Position numbers and translations under genes: made by a program
From: the human T2T-CHM13v2.0 reference genome, Homo sapiens
Assembly (NCBI RefSeq): GCF_009914755.1
Contig: NC_060934.1
Strand: one strand, 5' to 3'
Length of the DNA: 64,000 bases
The notes under the pieces: generated by a model
Told to the model about the DNA's origin: nothing
The model's database searches: none
What the model saw: the letters and a program-made list of their open reading frames with translations, nothing else
In this document: piece after piece, positions 14,890 to 26,612 of the stretch
Numbering within the stretch: position 1 is the first letter of the stretch
How the letters are laid out: every line of letters starts with the position of its first letter

Positions 14890-16478
14890 ATTTCTTTTAA
14901 GTTTGATGTAATCCCATGTATTTATTTGTGCATTTGTTGCCTATGCTTTTGGGCCCTATCCAAAAATATCATTGCCCAGACCAATATCATGGGACTTTCT
15001 CTCTTAAGTTTTCTTATAATAGTTTTAAGATTTCAGGTTTTACATTTAAATCTTTAATCCCTTTTAAGTTGTTTTTGAGTTAATACTTTTTTTTTAGTAT
15101 ATGGTGTGAGAATAGGGTCTAATTTTATGCTTTTGCATGTGGATATCCAGTTATTTCAACACTATTTATTGAAGAGACTGCCCTTTCCTCACTGTACATT
15201 CTTGGCACCTTTGTCAAAAATCAATTTGCCCTAAATGCATAAATTTATTTCTGGGCTTTCTGTAATATTCTGTTATATTAATCTTATATCTGTTTTTATG
15301 CCAGAACCATGCATTTTTGATTACTATGGCTTTGCAGTATAATTTAAGGTCAGGTACTGTGTTGCCTGTAGGTATGTTCTTTTTGCCCAAGATTGCTTTG
15401 GCTATTCAGGAGGTTTTGTGGTTTTGTACAATGTTAGGATTGTTTTTTCCATTTCTGTGAAGAATGCCATTGATATTGTGATAAGGATTGTATTGAATCT
15501 GTAGATAGCTTTGAGGAGTATGCACATTTTAGTAATATCAGTTCTTCCAATCCATGATCGTAGTATTTCTTTACTTTTTTTGTATTCTCTTCAAATTCTT
15601 TTTTATTATGATTATGGTATTTAATATAAATTTTATAATCTTTCAGGTAATTTGTATTATTTTTATAACTTTTATTTTAAGTTCAGGATTACATGTGCAA
15701 GTTTGTTATGTAGGTAAACTTGTGTCATGGAGGGTTGTTGTATAGATTATTTTGTCACCCAGGTATTAAGCCTAGTTCTCATTAGTTATTTTTTCCTGAT
15801 CCTCTCCCTCCTCCCACCCTCTACCCTCTGAGAGGCTCCAGTGTCTGTTGTTCCTCTCTATGTGTCCATGCGTTCTCATCATTCAGTTCCCACTTATAAG
15901 TGAGAACATATATTTGGTTTTCTGTTTCTGTGTTAGTTTGCAAGGCATGATGGTCTCCAGCTCCACCCATGTTCCTGCAAAGATATGATCTCATTCTTTT
16001 TATAGCTGCATAGTATTCCATGGTGTATATGTACCACGTTTTCTTTATCCAGTCTATCATTGATGGGCATTTAAGTTAATTCCATGTCTTTGCTACTTTT
16101 CGATTTCTTTCCTCAATATTTAACACTTTTCGTTGTAAAGATCTTTTACCTCCTTGGTTAAATTCATTTCTAAGTGTCTTTTTTATAGCCATTGTAAATG
16201 GGATTGTTCACCTCATTTCATTTTCAGATACTTTTCTATTGGTGTATAGAAATGCTACTGATTATTCCTGTTGATTTTATATCCTGCAACTTTACTGAGT
16301 TTGTTTATTAGCTCTAACAGTGTTTTTAGTGGGGTCTTTAGGGTTTTCAATATGTAAGATTGTTCTGTCTGCAAACTGGGACAATTTTAATTCCTCCATT
16401 CCAATTTGATACTCTTTATCTTTGTCTTGCCTAATTGCTATAAAAATGGTGAAAGTAGTCATCCTTGTCTTTTCCAGA
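14890..16478 (-). mobile_element. L1MA-like ORF2 fragment (host of two younger L1PA insertions)
   Basis: gtggatatccagtt...tttattgaagagactg, gtgtatagaaatgctactgat; resumes at ~16097 after the nested insertion. Confidence 0.85.
15602..16096 (-). mobile_element. 5'-truncated L1PA13-16 3' end nested in L1MA
   Basis: ggtaaacttgtgtcatgg...cacccaggtattaagcctag; ORF2 C-terminus [21 protein letters not shown]; degenerate TSD tcttcaaattcttt / ttttcgatttcttt. Confidence 0.85.
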
Positions 16479-17003
16479 TTTTTTTTTTAAATATACTTTA
16501 AGTTCTAGGGTACATGTGCACAACGTACTGGTTTGTTACATATGTGTACATGCGCCATGTTGGTGTGCTGCACACATTAACTCATCATTTACATTAGGTA
16601 TATCTCCTAAAGCTATCCCTCCCCCACTCCCCCAGCCCATGACAGGCCCTGGTGTGTGATGTTCCCCTTCCTGGGTCCAACGGTTCTCATTGTTCAATTC
16701 CCACCTATGAGTGAGAACATGCAGTGTTTGGTTTTTTGTCTTTGCGATAGTTTGCTGAGAATGATGGTTTCCAGCTTCATCCATATCCCTACAAAGGACA
16801 TGAACTCATCATTTTTTATGGCTGCATAGTATTCCATGGTGTATATGTGCCACATTTTCTTAATCCAGTCTATCATTGATGGACATTTGGGTTGGTTCCA
16901 AGTCTTTGCTATTGTATAGTGCCACAATAAACATACGTGTGCATGTGTCTTTATAGCAGCATGATTTATAATCCTTTGGGTATATACCCAGTAATGGGAT
17001 GGC
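16479..17003 (-). mobile_element. 5'-truncated L1PA4/5-like 3' end
   Basis: polyT then tactttaagttctagggtacatgtgcacaacgt; ORF2 C-terminus [34 protein letters not shown]. Confidence 0.92.
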
Positions 17004-17262
17004 CTAAACTATTACACTGAAGAAACTGTATGTGAGGAGTCAAAATACTATTTATGCAATTATTGTATTGGATGGTATATATTCTTAGTTCCAAGCACCA
17101 AGTCAAAGGTAAAAATATGATAAACTCTGTTTATAATTTGAGAATTATTATAACCTTATAAATATACTTTAAATTCTATCTGTTTTAATTTAGATATGGA
17201 AACTAACATGTCCATTAATATTACAGGGTATTTGATAAATCATTTGGTATTCTTTCCTATAT

Positions 17263-17432
17263 AGCACTGGTTTCCAACCTGAGATCCTCATGGCAATTAT
17301 ATGCCCAATTATATGTCCACTGAAATTATATGCCCAATTTTGTGAACAGAAGTGTGAGTATAGAAAATGTGCACACAGAGAAGGATTATAAATTTCATGG
17401 TCTCCTCTTCTTCACCTCCAATCTACTGATCT
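17263..17432. mobile_element. MER103-like hAT-Charlie element
   Basis: cactggtttccaacctg ... ctgaaattatatg ... ctactg followed by atctagac, an NTCTAGAN-type target. Confidence 0.45.
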
Positions 17433-18529
17433 AGACTAAGTATTTCCTGTTTCTTTAACAGTTTTCATTTCCTTTTTAAAAAAAAAATCTTTAATGTATT
17501 GTAAAAATGGAAGAGGGAGGGATTATTTTATTTGCTGTGTTGAATGCTTTAGAAAGGCACCGGTAAGACCTCCGTAAGAACTATAACATTTTTTTTTCCT
17601 ATTCCCACTTCCCTTCATCTGAGCTTTATGTCTCTGGGTAACTTTTAGATTACCCCCAACTTTGTCCACCTTCTGCCACTTCCCCAGCCATGACTGTCTT
17701 CAACATTACTGCCCCAAAATCGTATCTTTTCTCTAAATTGCAACAGCTCTGAATAATGCAGTTTTGTCTTCTGGCTTACTTAGACATCCAGGCCTAAAAT
17801 TATGTAGCGTATGTGTGTCTCTGTGTGTATGTCTGCATATGTGTGCATGCAAATATATGCATATGTTATTTCTTCTCAAATGCCTCAACTGAAGTTGAAA
17901 ATTGTATTTTACTTGTGCAAAACCCAGATAATTATTTTCATATCCAGTGTCAGTTTGAATCAGTAGAAGACAGTAGATATCTAGAGTGATCTGTTAATTT
18001 TACATTGATTTTGCCAGTTTGATTAAAAAATCTGTTGCTAGCTTGATATTTGCAAAACTGAGACCAGCGTTTGTGCTTAGTGCTTTCTTCTTACTCACGG
18101 AAGGAGAGAATCAAATTGAAGGCATTCTTTATAGTTGCCATCTGAATGAGACATAATATATAATTCATAAACTGTTCTTATAATTACTGTTATGAGAAAA
18201 AATGTTAGTAACTAGTTTGTAAAACTTACCTCCTCATTATATATCTAGCACACAAATAAGCTTTAAGGCAGTAGATTTCCAGCACAATTTTGTAATTTTT
18301 AAATTTTCTCATTATTTCATTTTTAAATTCCCTCATTATTCCAAGGTTTTTATTTCCTCTTAAGTGGCTCTGGCTCAGTAGTATAGGCTATGTATATTGT
18401 GCCTTGATAAAACTTCTCATTAAAAAAAATATAGTCTGCCTGCCTCTCTTCACAGAATAACAAAAGGGACAGAAATTTTAAACAAGAAACTTTGACGTGA
18501 GGAACAAATCTAGTGGGAGCATTAATAAA

Positions 18530-18700
18530 AGCCCCCACTTATTGAGCTTATTTTATGTAATGCTTATTACAATCCTATGAGTAGGATTATTACCATCTGT
18601 GTGTTATACATTATGAGATTGAGTCTAAGAGAGTCTGAATAATTTGCTTTAATTTATGTAGCTAGCAATTGGCAATGCCAGGATTCTGGCTCTCACTGGG
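18530..18700 (-). mobile_element. MIR fragment
   Basis: acaatcctatgagtaggattattacc...gagattgagtctaagagagtctgaataatttgc. Confidence 0.55.
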
Positions 18701-20044
18701 TCATACTGAGGATTCAAGAAATTGAAATAGGTAAAGTAGTGACAGCAGTAGCAACAGCAGAGCTCTTTCTGTTCCTCGATCTACAAACCTTTTCACTATA
18801 GAGTTTCATGCAGATGTAGAAGGTTATAAGCATCCTCATATTGCTTCTCAGTGTTTTGATTTACATGACAATTGTCAGGTTGACTTCAAGCTTCCCATTT
18901 CTCTTGAATATATTCTTCCTCATTATCTCAAAACCACCTTTATAAACATTAACTCTAACCCCAACTTCAGGACTCTCTCCTGTTCAAAAGCCTTTCCTAG
19001 GGCTTTCTTTACTAGGTTAACTTTCTGCTTCAAAGGAGGGTCTCCTTCCTTCCTTCGGTGGCCTGAGCTAACCATCCCAGTCTAAAGAAATGGCATAGGG
19101 TTTAATAATGCACTGAACTATGTTCTGAAACCAGGAGACCACATACTTCCTTTAGCATTTCTTGTCCCTTTGAGAGATACACAATTCTCAGTCTCTTCCT
19201 CAGTGGCAAACTACTGCTTGCTGTGTTCACCCTTTCTTCCTAAAGAGAGGTCTAAGGAACTGAAGCTGCTTTTTTCTTTCTTCTCATCTTAGGGGTATAT
19301 ATTTGTAAGGCTTGGTTACAGAGTATAATTAATTTGCATCAACTTTTATGTTAGAGAGTGAGAATTTCAGTCTTTCTCCTTTTGCTTCAGATAACACCTC
19401 AGATAAAACTACATTGATCAAGGTCTCCTCGTGGCCCTATATTGCTGACAGAAGATGCCCTCTTGTAAGTTAAGAAAGAGATGTCCCTGTTATCTCAAAA
19501 ATGTAATATGTATCCCTGAAAACTTCCAAAGTAGATAATATTATCCTTACCTTTCTGCCTATCTAAGAACCCCTCTGGGCATTTCCTCACAGGAAATAGT
19601 GATTTTCTTTTGCTTCATCTCTGCGATAAGGCTAGTCAATTCCCAATCTCTGCTGGTAGCTCAGGTGTGAGAGCATAAACTTGTTTGACTGAGAAAGACT
19701 GAGATGTCCTTAAGGAGCCTTAGTCCTTAGGTCCGTAGTGCTTTTGATGCTTGCAATATTGTTTTCTCCCTAGAACTATGTGCTATTTCACAGCCTCCAG
19801 GAGGATAGAGTGTGCTGTTGTCTCTTCATATATTTGAAACATGCCTGCTGAGCTTTTTTAATCTAAAGGGAAGGAAGTACTGTTTTATTTGACATATGGA
19901 GCACTGATATCTGCTCCCTGAGATTGAAGAAGTCACTGCTTCTATCACCTTGACAAAGAAAGATAATAAACTGACTACAACACTGCAAGCTAAAGGGAAA
20001 CTTTGATCACTCTACATTTCCACAGTTACTTGTATCATCTTTTT

Positions 20045-20240
20045 ATGAATACTTAGTATACACCAGGCACTTTGGATACATCAGCTCATTGAATCTTCAC
20101 AGCAACACTGGAAGATAGTTGCTATTAATCGGCACTTAATATTCATACAAACTAGATCCAGAGAGGTTAAATACTTGCTTATGATCACATAAATAGTAAG
20201 AGACAGAGCTTTAATTCAAAGCCAATTCTTTTGGCACCAA
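20045..20240 (-). mobile_element. MIR fragment
   Basis: ctcattgaatcttcacagcaac...cagagaggttaaatacttgcttatgatcaca. Confidence 0.65.
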
Positions 20241-20734
20241 TTTGATACTCTTTTTACTTTGCCTAGTATTAACAACAAAGCATTTTAGCAACTTTGGGAC
20301 CACCGAAACCATTCTCAACAAAAAGCTATGGTTAATAAATTTTGTGTGTGGTAGGTACTTAATCAGACGCCTGTTTTAACAGTGAATGAGTCTTAAACAG
20401 GAGCAGGTAATGTACAATCATGCAGTTACATTGACCTTAACTATCTTAAAACTGTTAGACAACTTAAATTACCTTTTCTGAATGATCTGGATAATAAAGG
20501 TGAGAATTATTCATTGTCTAAAACTTTCTCAGTATACAAATATTGACATATAAGATAGGCCAACCAATTTTCTGAATTCGTTAAATAGCGTTAAATGTTT
20601 TTACCATTCATATGGATACTTAAATTATAATAATGATTATGTTAAATTGTGTGTGTGTGTGTGTATGCCTGTCTTTTCTCCTCTACCATATTGTCACTTA
20701 TGTTTGAACACGTTACCTACATAAAGGAAAGAAA

Positions 20735-20930
20735 GTGCAGTGATGTAAAAACAGCACAGACTCCAGGATCTGGTGGATTAGGTTTGATAGCATACTCTAC
20801 CAGTAAATGCCTGTGGGAAAGTTCCATAATATTTTAGCTCAGTTCCTTATCTGAAAAATGGAGGTAAACATGTATACCTTGCAGTGCTGATATGAAGCTT
20901 AATTGAGACAATATATGTTAAGTGCATATA
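20735..20930 (+). mobile_element. MIR fragment
   Basis: gctcagttccttatctgaaaaatggagg...aattgagacaatatatgttaagtgc. Confidence 0.6.
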
Positions 20931-21125
20931 GAAACATGACAGAAAATATTAAAATACAAAAAGAAAACATAGGCGGAAGCTCCAGGACATTGGTCTGGGT
21001 GGTGATTATTTGGATATGACCCCAAAAGCACAAGCAACAAAAGCAAAAATATATCAGTGGGATTACATTAAACTAAAAAGCTTCTGCACGGCAAAGGAAA
21101 CAATCAATAGGGTACAGAGATAACT

Positions 21126-21441
<316 letters not shown>

Positions 21442-22282
21442 CTACAGAATGGGAAAAATATCTGCAATCCACATATCAGATGAGGGATTAATATCCAAAA
21501 TGTATAAACAACTCAACTCAATAGTAATAAAGCAAATAACCTGATTAAAGAATGGGCAAAAGGCCTGAATAACCATTTCTCAATAGAAGACCTAAAATTA
21601 GCCAAAAGGTATATGAAATGAATGCTTAACTACTAATTACTAATAATCAGAGAAATGAAATTCAAAGCATAATGAAACATCACCTCCCAACTGCTAGACT
21701 GGCTGTTATCAAAAAGATGATGATAATAAGTATTGGCAAAGATGCATAGAAAAGGGAACCCTTGGACACTGTTTGTGAGAATGTAAATTAGTACATCCAT
21801 TGTGAAAAAAAGTATGGAAGTTCCTCAAAAAATTAGAAATGGAACCCCCATATAATATAACAATCTTAGTACTGAGTATATATCCAAAGGAAACGAAATC
21901 AGTATTTCAAGGAGATATCTGCACTCCCATGTACATTGTGGCATAATTCATAATAGCCAAGATATAGAATCAACCTGAATGTTCATCAAGGGATGAATGA
22001 AGAAAGAAAATGTGGCATATATACAAAATTCAGCCATAAAAAAGGAGAAATTCTGTTATTTGTGATAAAATGAAGGAGCCTGAAGGTTATTAAGTGAAAT
22101 AAGCCTGGCACAGAAAAAAGTACCATATGACTTCACTCAGATGTGGAACCTAAAAGAGTTGATCTCATGAAAATAGAGAGCAGAATGTTGATTACCAGAG
22201 GCTGGGATGCTTGGGGGGTAGAGGGCATGATGGAAAGATGTTGGTCAATGGATCCAAAATTTTAGTTAGATAAGAGAAATAA

Positions 22283-22606
<324 letters not shown>

Positions 22607-22799
22607 CTATAACATAGTGGCTATAGTTAATAACAGATTGTATTCTAGAAAAATATTGAGAGAAAATGTTACATTTTCTTACCACAAATGATAACATTGT
22701 GAAATAATACATACATTAGTTAGCTAGGTTTATTCATTCTACAATGTATTCATACTTCAAAATATAATGTTGTACGCAATAAATACATACATACAATTT

Positions 22800-23290
22800 T
22801 AGTAAATTCTAGTAATTTGTTGGTGTATTTTTTTGGGTTTTTCTATATACATAATCATATCAGCAGTGAATAATGACAGTTTTTCTTCCTCCTTTTCTTT
22901 TCTCTCCTTTCCTTCCCTTCTGTCCCCTCCCCATCTCTCTCTTTTCTTTTCTCCCCTTCCATCCCTTGTAGTTTTTATTCTCTCTTGTCTTACTCTGCTG
23001 ACCATAACTTCCAATAAAACGTTGAATAGAGGTGGTGATAGCAAGCATCTTTTCCTCTTTTCTATTCTCAGAAAGAAAGCTTTCAATGTTTGACCATAAA
23101 AACATTATTTTTTATTCTAGGTTTTTGGTGGACACTCTATCATGTAAGGAATGTTCTCTTTTATTCCTCATTTGCCAACAGTGTATATTTAAAATCATGA
23201 AAAGATGTGAATTTATCCGGACTCTTGATCTACATTTTTTAAAAATACTATTTTTCCCTTTAATTGGTTAATATAATGAATGGCATTCAT
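22800..23290 (-). mobile_element. Old L1M ORF2 (RT) fragment with internal pyrimidine-rich low-complexity tract
   Basis: ORF 22799-23086 contains LLSPPLFNVLLEV and KLSLFTADMIMYIEKP. Confidence 0.75.
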
Positions 23291-24372
23291 GGTTTTTGTT
23301 TGTTTGTTTTGCTTTGTTTTTTTCATAAACTAAGCATTTGAGTCTACAAAATTCCCTCTCATTGGTGATTATACTGTCCATGACATTGACATTGTGTCAT
23401 TTTGGGTTCTTGATTTCGTGTGGGAGCTCCATTCACCCATCCAAATGGAAGTTTATGGATACTAGTGTTCAACAAATACCCCTAGGCTGAAACACTCTAA
23501 ATGTTCACTTATATTTACATTGCTATGGTCACTTTTTTTGGTCTTGGAGTAGTCATTACTTTTTTGACAGATCATGATGCATTTGGAAAGATGTTTTTAA
23601 ATATTTTATCTACTGTATTTAGTTGTTTCCAACAGCCTGTTTTTTCAGGGTATCTGTTATATATGCTGTTGCAAACAGATGTCTAATATATTATTTATTT
23701 TTTTCAAAAGAACCTGAAGCATATATACCAAACTGTCACATTGTGTTAAATCTGAGTGAAGCATACATAGGTGTTTGTTTGTTACATTACCCTATAATTT
23801 TTGTATATTTTAAAATAAATCAATTATTTGCAATTTTTGAAGATAGTCCTCTTCTGTTTATCAGGGAAAGCATTCAGCATCTTTTAAAATTCTTGACTTT
23901 CCCTTCCCTTTAGATTATTCTCATTTCCCTTCACTGTCAAAGTCATTTTCCTGTGGCACTTCCAGGAGGGACTTTTCAGTCTTTTCATCTCGTGTTTGGT
24001 GGTGGGAACCCCAGAGCAATAAGCAAAAGCCTAAGGGTGTATGTGCTGCTTTTGTCTATAAAGAGTGGTGACTATTAAATGTTCACACTAACTTTCTAAC
24101 ATTTTTTATTTATCTGTGAAAGTCACCTGTTTCCTCACCTCTGTTTTTTGGGGTTTAGGGGAGCTTTTCTCTAGAACTTTAAACAGAAATGAATCTAACT
24201 ATAACCAAAAGCAGCAGATGTGAGCTTATATGTGGGAGATTAAAAAGCTAAAGTCACTGCCTTTCTACTCTTTCCCAAGCTAAATCTCAGTTATGAATAC
24301 AGCTTACTACCCTTTACTCCCTTGTGTCTGCTTCCAAATACAAGTTGAGGGCGTTACATTGTCCGGGACAGA

Positions 24373-24430
24373 ACTACAATTTGTGTCAGCAGGACATGCC
24401 CGGAAGGGATGCCATCTGTTAAGTGACTCA
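24373..24430. promoter_or_regulatory. Candidate regulatory motif cluster (ACTACAAT, p53 half-site, ETS, AP-1)
   Basis: ACTACAAT 24373-24380; GGACATGCCC 24392-24401; CCGGAAG 24400-24406; TGACTCA 24424-24430, in non-repeat sequence. Confidence 0.3.
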
Positions 24431-26045
24431 CTATTAGAGAACAGACCCATATGATGGGCTTTTAGGGGATGAACTTTATAAAACTGAGCACTAGTAAAAG
24501 GAAACTTGCCAGCTTCGTAGGGATGTTTTAGGGTTAGAATTGCAACACCAGAATCAACGTGAACTTGGATTAAATTTAAAATATACTTTCATTGTTATTA
24601 CTTTTTAAACATACCTATCTCCGTATCTTTATCTATCTTTTGGAGGAATTAATGAATAGGTATTCTGTTTCTAAATATATAAACAGAACTAAGGTGGCTT
24701 TTCTTTTTGGATAATTCTAGAACCATGGATACATAATTCTTTTCTTTAGAATACTTTGCATATACTTTAAGAGTTTATATATATTTACTTTGCTTCCACT
24801 TTTTTGAGAGGATCTTTGATAATTTAAAGAATTAAATTTATAAAAATTCAGGTACAGATGTATTTTTCAGTCTTTAGTATAATTTGTATATCTCCATGCA
24901 TTTTAAGGGATCATGAGATAAAAAGGTTAACTTTTTTCAACTATATATTTTTTAAACAAAGTTAAACAACAATAATAGCAAGACTAAAGAATAATGAAGT
25001 TAGGCAGAATATGGATCAGAAGTTTGGCATAGGAAAAATTTTCGAATTTATATTAGTCCAATAAAAGGTTTCAATTTGGCTTTTTAATGTACTATGGAAT
25101 ATTATAACCCTTTCTGATTTTTTAATGCATTTTCATGTTTTGTTCCTTTATTGTTGTTCCATAAAGTTCACTCACACCCTTTCCATTACATTTTTTTCAA
25201 ATAAAATCTCAGATAAAATGCAGTTCCACATTTATGGGAGATAATAAAAAAGCAGAGCTCAGGATGATACATATTTGACTTCTGTTTAGCTGCATTGTTT
25301 TATGATAGGACATTAGAAGGCAGGAGAGGATAAGTGCTATGAAAAAGGAAACTGCATTATTGTTTTTGGTAGACTATACATAAACATTGGAGATATCAAA
25401 AATGAGTGAGACAGCAATATATATATATAATTTCAACAGATGATTGAAATGTTTCTGTAAATTAAAAGAAGTATTTTAATACTTCAAGGTGATAATCTTA
25501 TTTATTGTGTATTTTCATCTCTACACATGCATTTTTCTTGAGCTACTCAATGGGAATCTAAATATAGAAGGTGAGAAATCAAGATTGGCATTTACACGAA
25601 CATGGCCTGTATTTTGTTGAAATATTGTGGTGCGTAGTTTGAGTTAGAGTTCTTTTGGGTAATACAGAATTGGTTGTGAATGAAAGCACCCTTTCAGAGA
25701 TCTTAGAAGGACTGGACTTCTTATAACTTGACATCTTCTAACTGCTTCTCTTCTTCTATCTCTTCTACTTATTCAACAACACCATAGGGTTTTTTTCTTT
25801 TTTGTTGTTGTTAAAATATTCGTGAACATAAAAACACACTCTCACACATTGAATTAGTAAGCAAAAATGGTTTAAAGAAGATCTTAATTGCCAGAGTATC
25901 AAATGAAATTTGTCTTCCAGCTACTAATCACTTCAATGTAATAAAATCCCTTTACAACCAAAAAGTCAAAAAGTTTTAATAATGTAACAGCTTAAAAGCC
26001 ATCACAAGAATCTGAAATTTGAGCAACTCAAAAAAATGACTTCAA

Positions 26046-26612
26046 TTTTTTGAGTTGTACCCTGAAGTTTTGTACCCTGTGAACTATATCTCCTCTCCCT
26101 GCCAAACACCTAGTAACTACCATTCTACTCTCTATTACGGTGGGTTCAAAGTTTTTTTTTCGATTCCACATTTAAGTGAGGTCATGCAGTATTTGTCTTT
26201 CTGTGTCTGGCTTATCTCACTTAGCATAATGTCCTGCAGGTTCAACCATGTTTTTACAAATGACAGGATTTCCTTCTTTTTCAAGACTGGATAATATTTC
26301 ATTGTGTATAACTTTTCTTTACCCATTCATCTGTTGATGGACACTTCAGTTATAAGAAGAATAAATACAGAGACCTAATGTACAACATGGTGACTATAGT
26401 TAATAATGTACTGTACACTGCAATTTGCTAAGAGATATTTCAAGTGTTCTCACCATAAAAAAAAAAAACATAACTATGTGAGGTGATGCATATGTTAATT
26501 AGCTTGTGGTAATCATTTTACAATGTATATACCTACATCCAAACATCACATTGTATATCCTAAACATATACAACTTTTTTTGTCAGTCATACCTCAGTAA
26601 AACTTGTTGAAA
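26046..26612 (+). mobile_element. L1MA8/9-like 3' end with inverted 5' segment
   Basis: ~26060-26345 reads as L1 on the minus strand (MKYYPVLKKKEILSF...MLSEISQTQKDKYCM); ~26345-26612 is the next consensus segment on the plus strand. Confidence 0.85.
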
